Below are positions 45,062-45,743 of a stretch of 45,743 nucleotides of DNA, one piece after another. Source of the stretch: a virus. Lineage: Duplodnaviria; Caudoviricetes. Numbering within the stretch: the stretch's first letter is position 1; the number at the start of each line of letters is the position of its first letter. Where the stretch lies: IMG/VR virus record IMGVR_UViG_3300022407_004562, positions 1 through 45,743 of that record. One strand, given 5' to 3'. A model generated the notes under the pieces. The model saw nothing but the letters and a program-made list of their open reading frames with translations. It made no database searches and had not been told where the DNA came from. A program made the translations under genes and the position numbers.

Positions 45062-45625
45062 ATGAAGCAAACTGAAATCAAAGAAATCCAGCGCCGGATA
45101 GGCGCGGTTGCTGATGGCTTTTGGGGACCAAAAAGCATTACAGCTTGCCAAAAGCATCTCCGCAAGTTGATGCCAGTGCCAAACCCGTGGCCAGCTAGTG
45201 ACCAAGCAAGTTTGACTAAATTCTACGGCAAGCCAGGTGATGAATCTCAACACATCTCACTTGATGTTAGTGACCTTGACATTCGTTATGAAGGCAAACG
45301 AGTCACAACCATCCGCTGCCACAAGAAAGTAGCTGCCAGTTTAAAACGTGTGCTTGTGGCAATCTCGAAAGGTCCGCACGCTTGGGTTCTCCAACGCTTT
45401 GGAGGTTGCTACAACAATCGTCCAATGCGCGGAGGTAGCACTCCAAGCCTTCACGCCCGTGCGGCAGCAACCGATTGGGACGACAAAAATAACGGCAACC
45501 GCACAAGCTGGCCGGTTCAAGCCACAATGCCTTTTGAAGTAATGGAAGAATTTGCCCGTGAAGGCTGGTTATCCGCCGGAGCCTTCTGGGGCCGTGACGC
45601 AATGCATTTTCAAGCAACCCTATGA
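45062..45625 (+). CDS. Endolysin: peptidoglycan-binding domain plus M15 metallopeptidase
   Basis: IQRRIG..ADGFWGPKS (PG-binding); YNNR, SLHARAAATD, DAMHFQ (M15). Confidence 0.88.
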   Translation: MKQTEIKEIQRRIGAVADGFWGPKSITACQKHLRKLMPVPNPWPASDQASLTKFYGKPGDESQHISLDVSDLDIRYEGKRVTTIRCHKKVAASLKRVLVAISKGPHAWVLQRFGGCYNNRPMRGGSTPSLHARAAATDWDDKNNGNRTSWPVQATMPFEVMEEFAREGWLSAGAFWGRDAMHFQATL

Positions 45626-45743
45626 TCCTCAACATCCAATCGCTCCTCCCGGATTCTGGGTCCGCCAGCCTGACCAATGGGCGGGGTGTGGTTATTGACC
45701 TCCCCGGTGAGCCAGACCCGGAGCCACCCACAACCGCGCCGCC
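45618..45743. repeat. Terminal direct repeat, right copy
   Basis: Identical to 3-128. Confidence 0.95.

Noticed and set aside
1-45743. Stop-codon reassignment
   Set aside because: Long genes are intact in the standard code; TAA, TGA and TAG (11436-11438) all end genes; no suppressor tRNA seen.

Overview
This window looks like a complete, circularly permuted dsDNA phage genome of about 45.6 kb: bases 3-128 are repeated exactly at 45618-45743. It has two opposed arms. The + arm (about 43.5 kb through the junction to 19.2 kb) carries an M15 endolysin, small and large terminase, portal, scaffold, an SU10-like major capsid, an adaptor, and podovirus-type ejection proteins including a 2241-aa protein with a zincin motif. 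The - arm (about 43.1 kb down to 19.2 kb) carries many small early ORFs, a UvrD helicase, Cas4-like nuclease, Sak4-like ATPase, SSB, ParB-methyltransferase fusion, UDG-PolA fusion, ATP-dependent ligase and a DUF3987-like ATPase. I found no integrase, RNA polymerase, recognisable primase or CRISPR array. The most striking feature is a ~1 kb non-coding block on the - strand (31400-32420). It holds two tandem tRNA-shaped RNAs of the same architecture, an aberrant 73-nt tRNA, several long stems, and a 29-nt pseudoknot that recurs with a compensatory change in front of the methyltransferase gene. Other oddities are a PolA with substituted dNTP-site residues and a catalytically eroded UDG domain, AC-rich translation leaders with no Shine-Dalgarno sequence, and a G12/C14 inverted repeat at a strand-composition switch. 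All family calls come from motif recognition by eye, not database searches.
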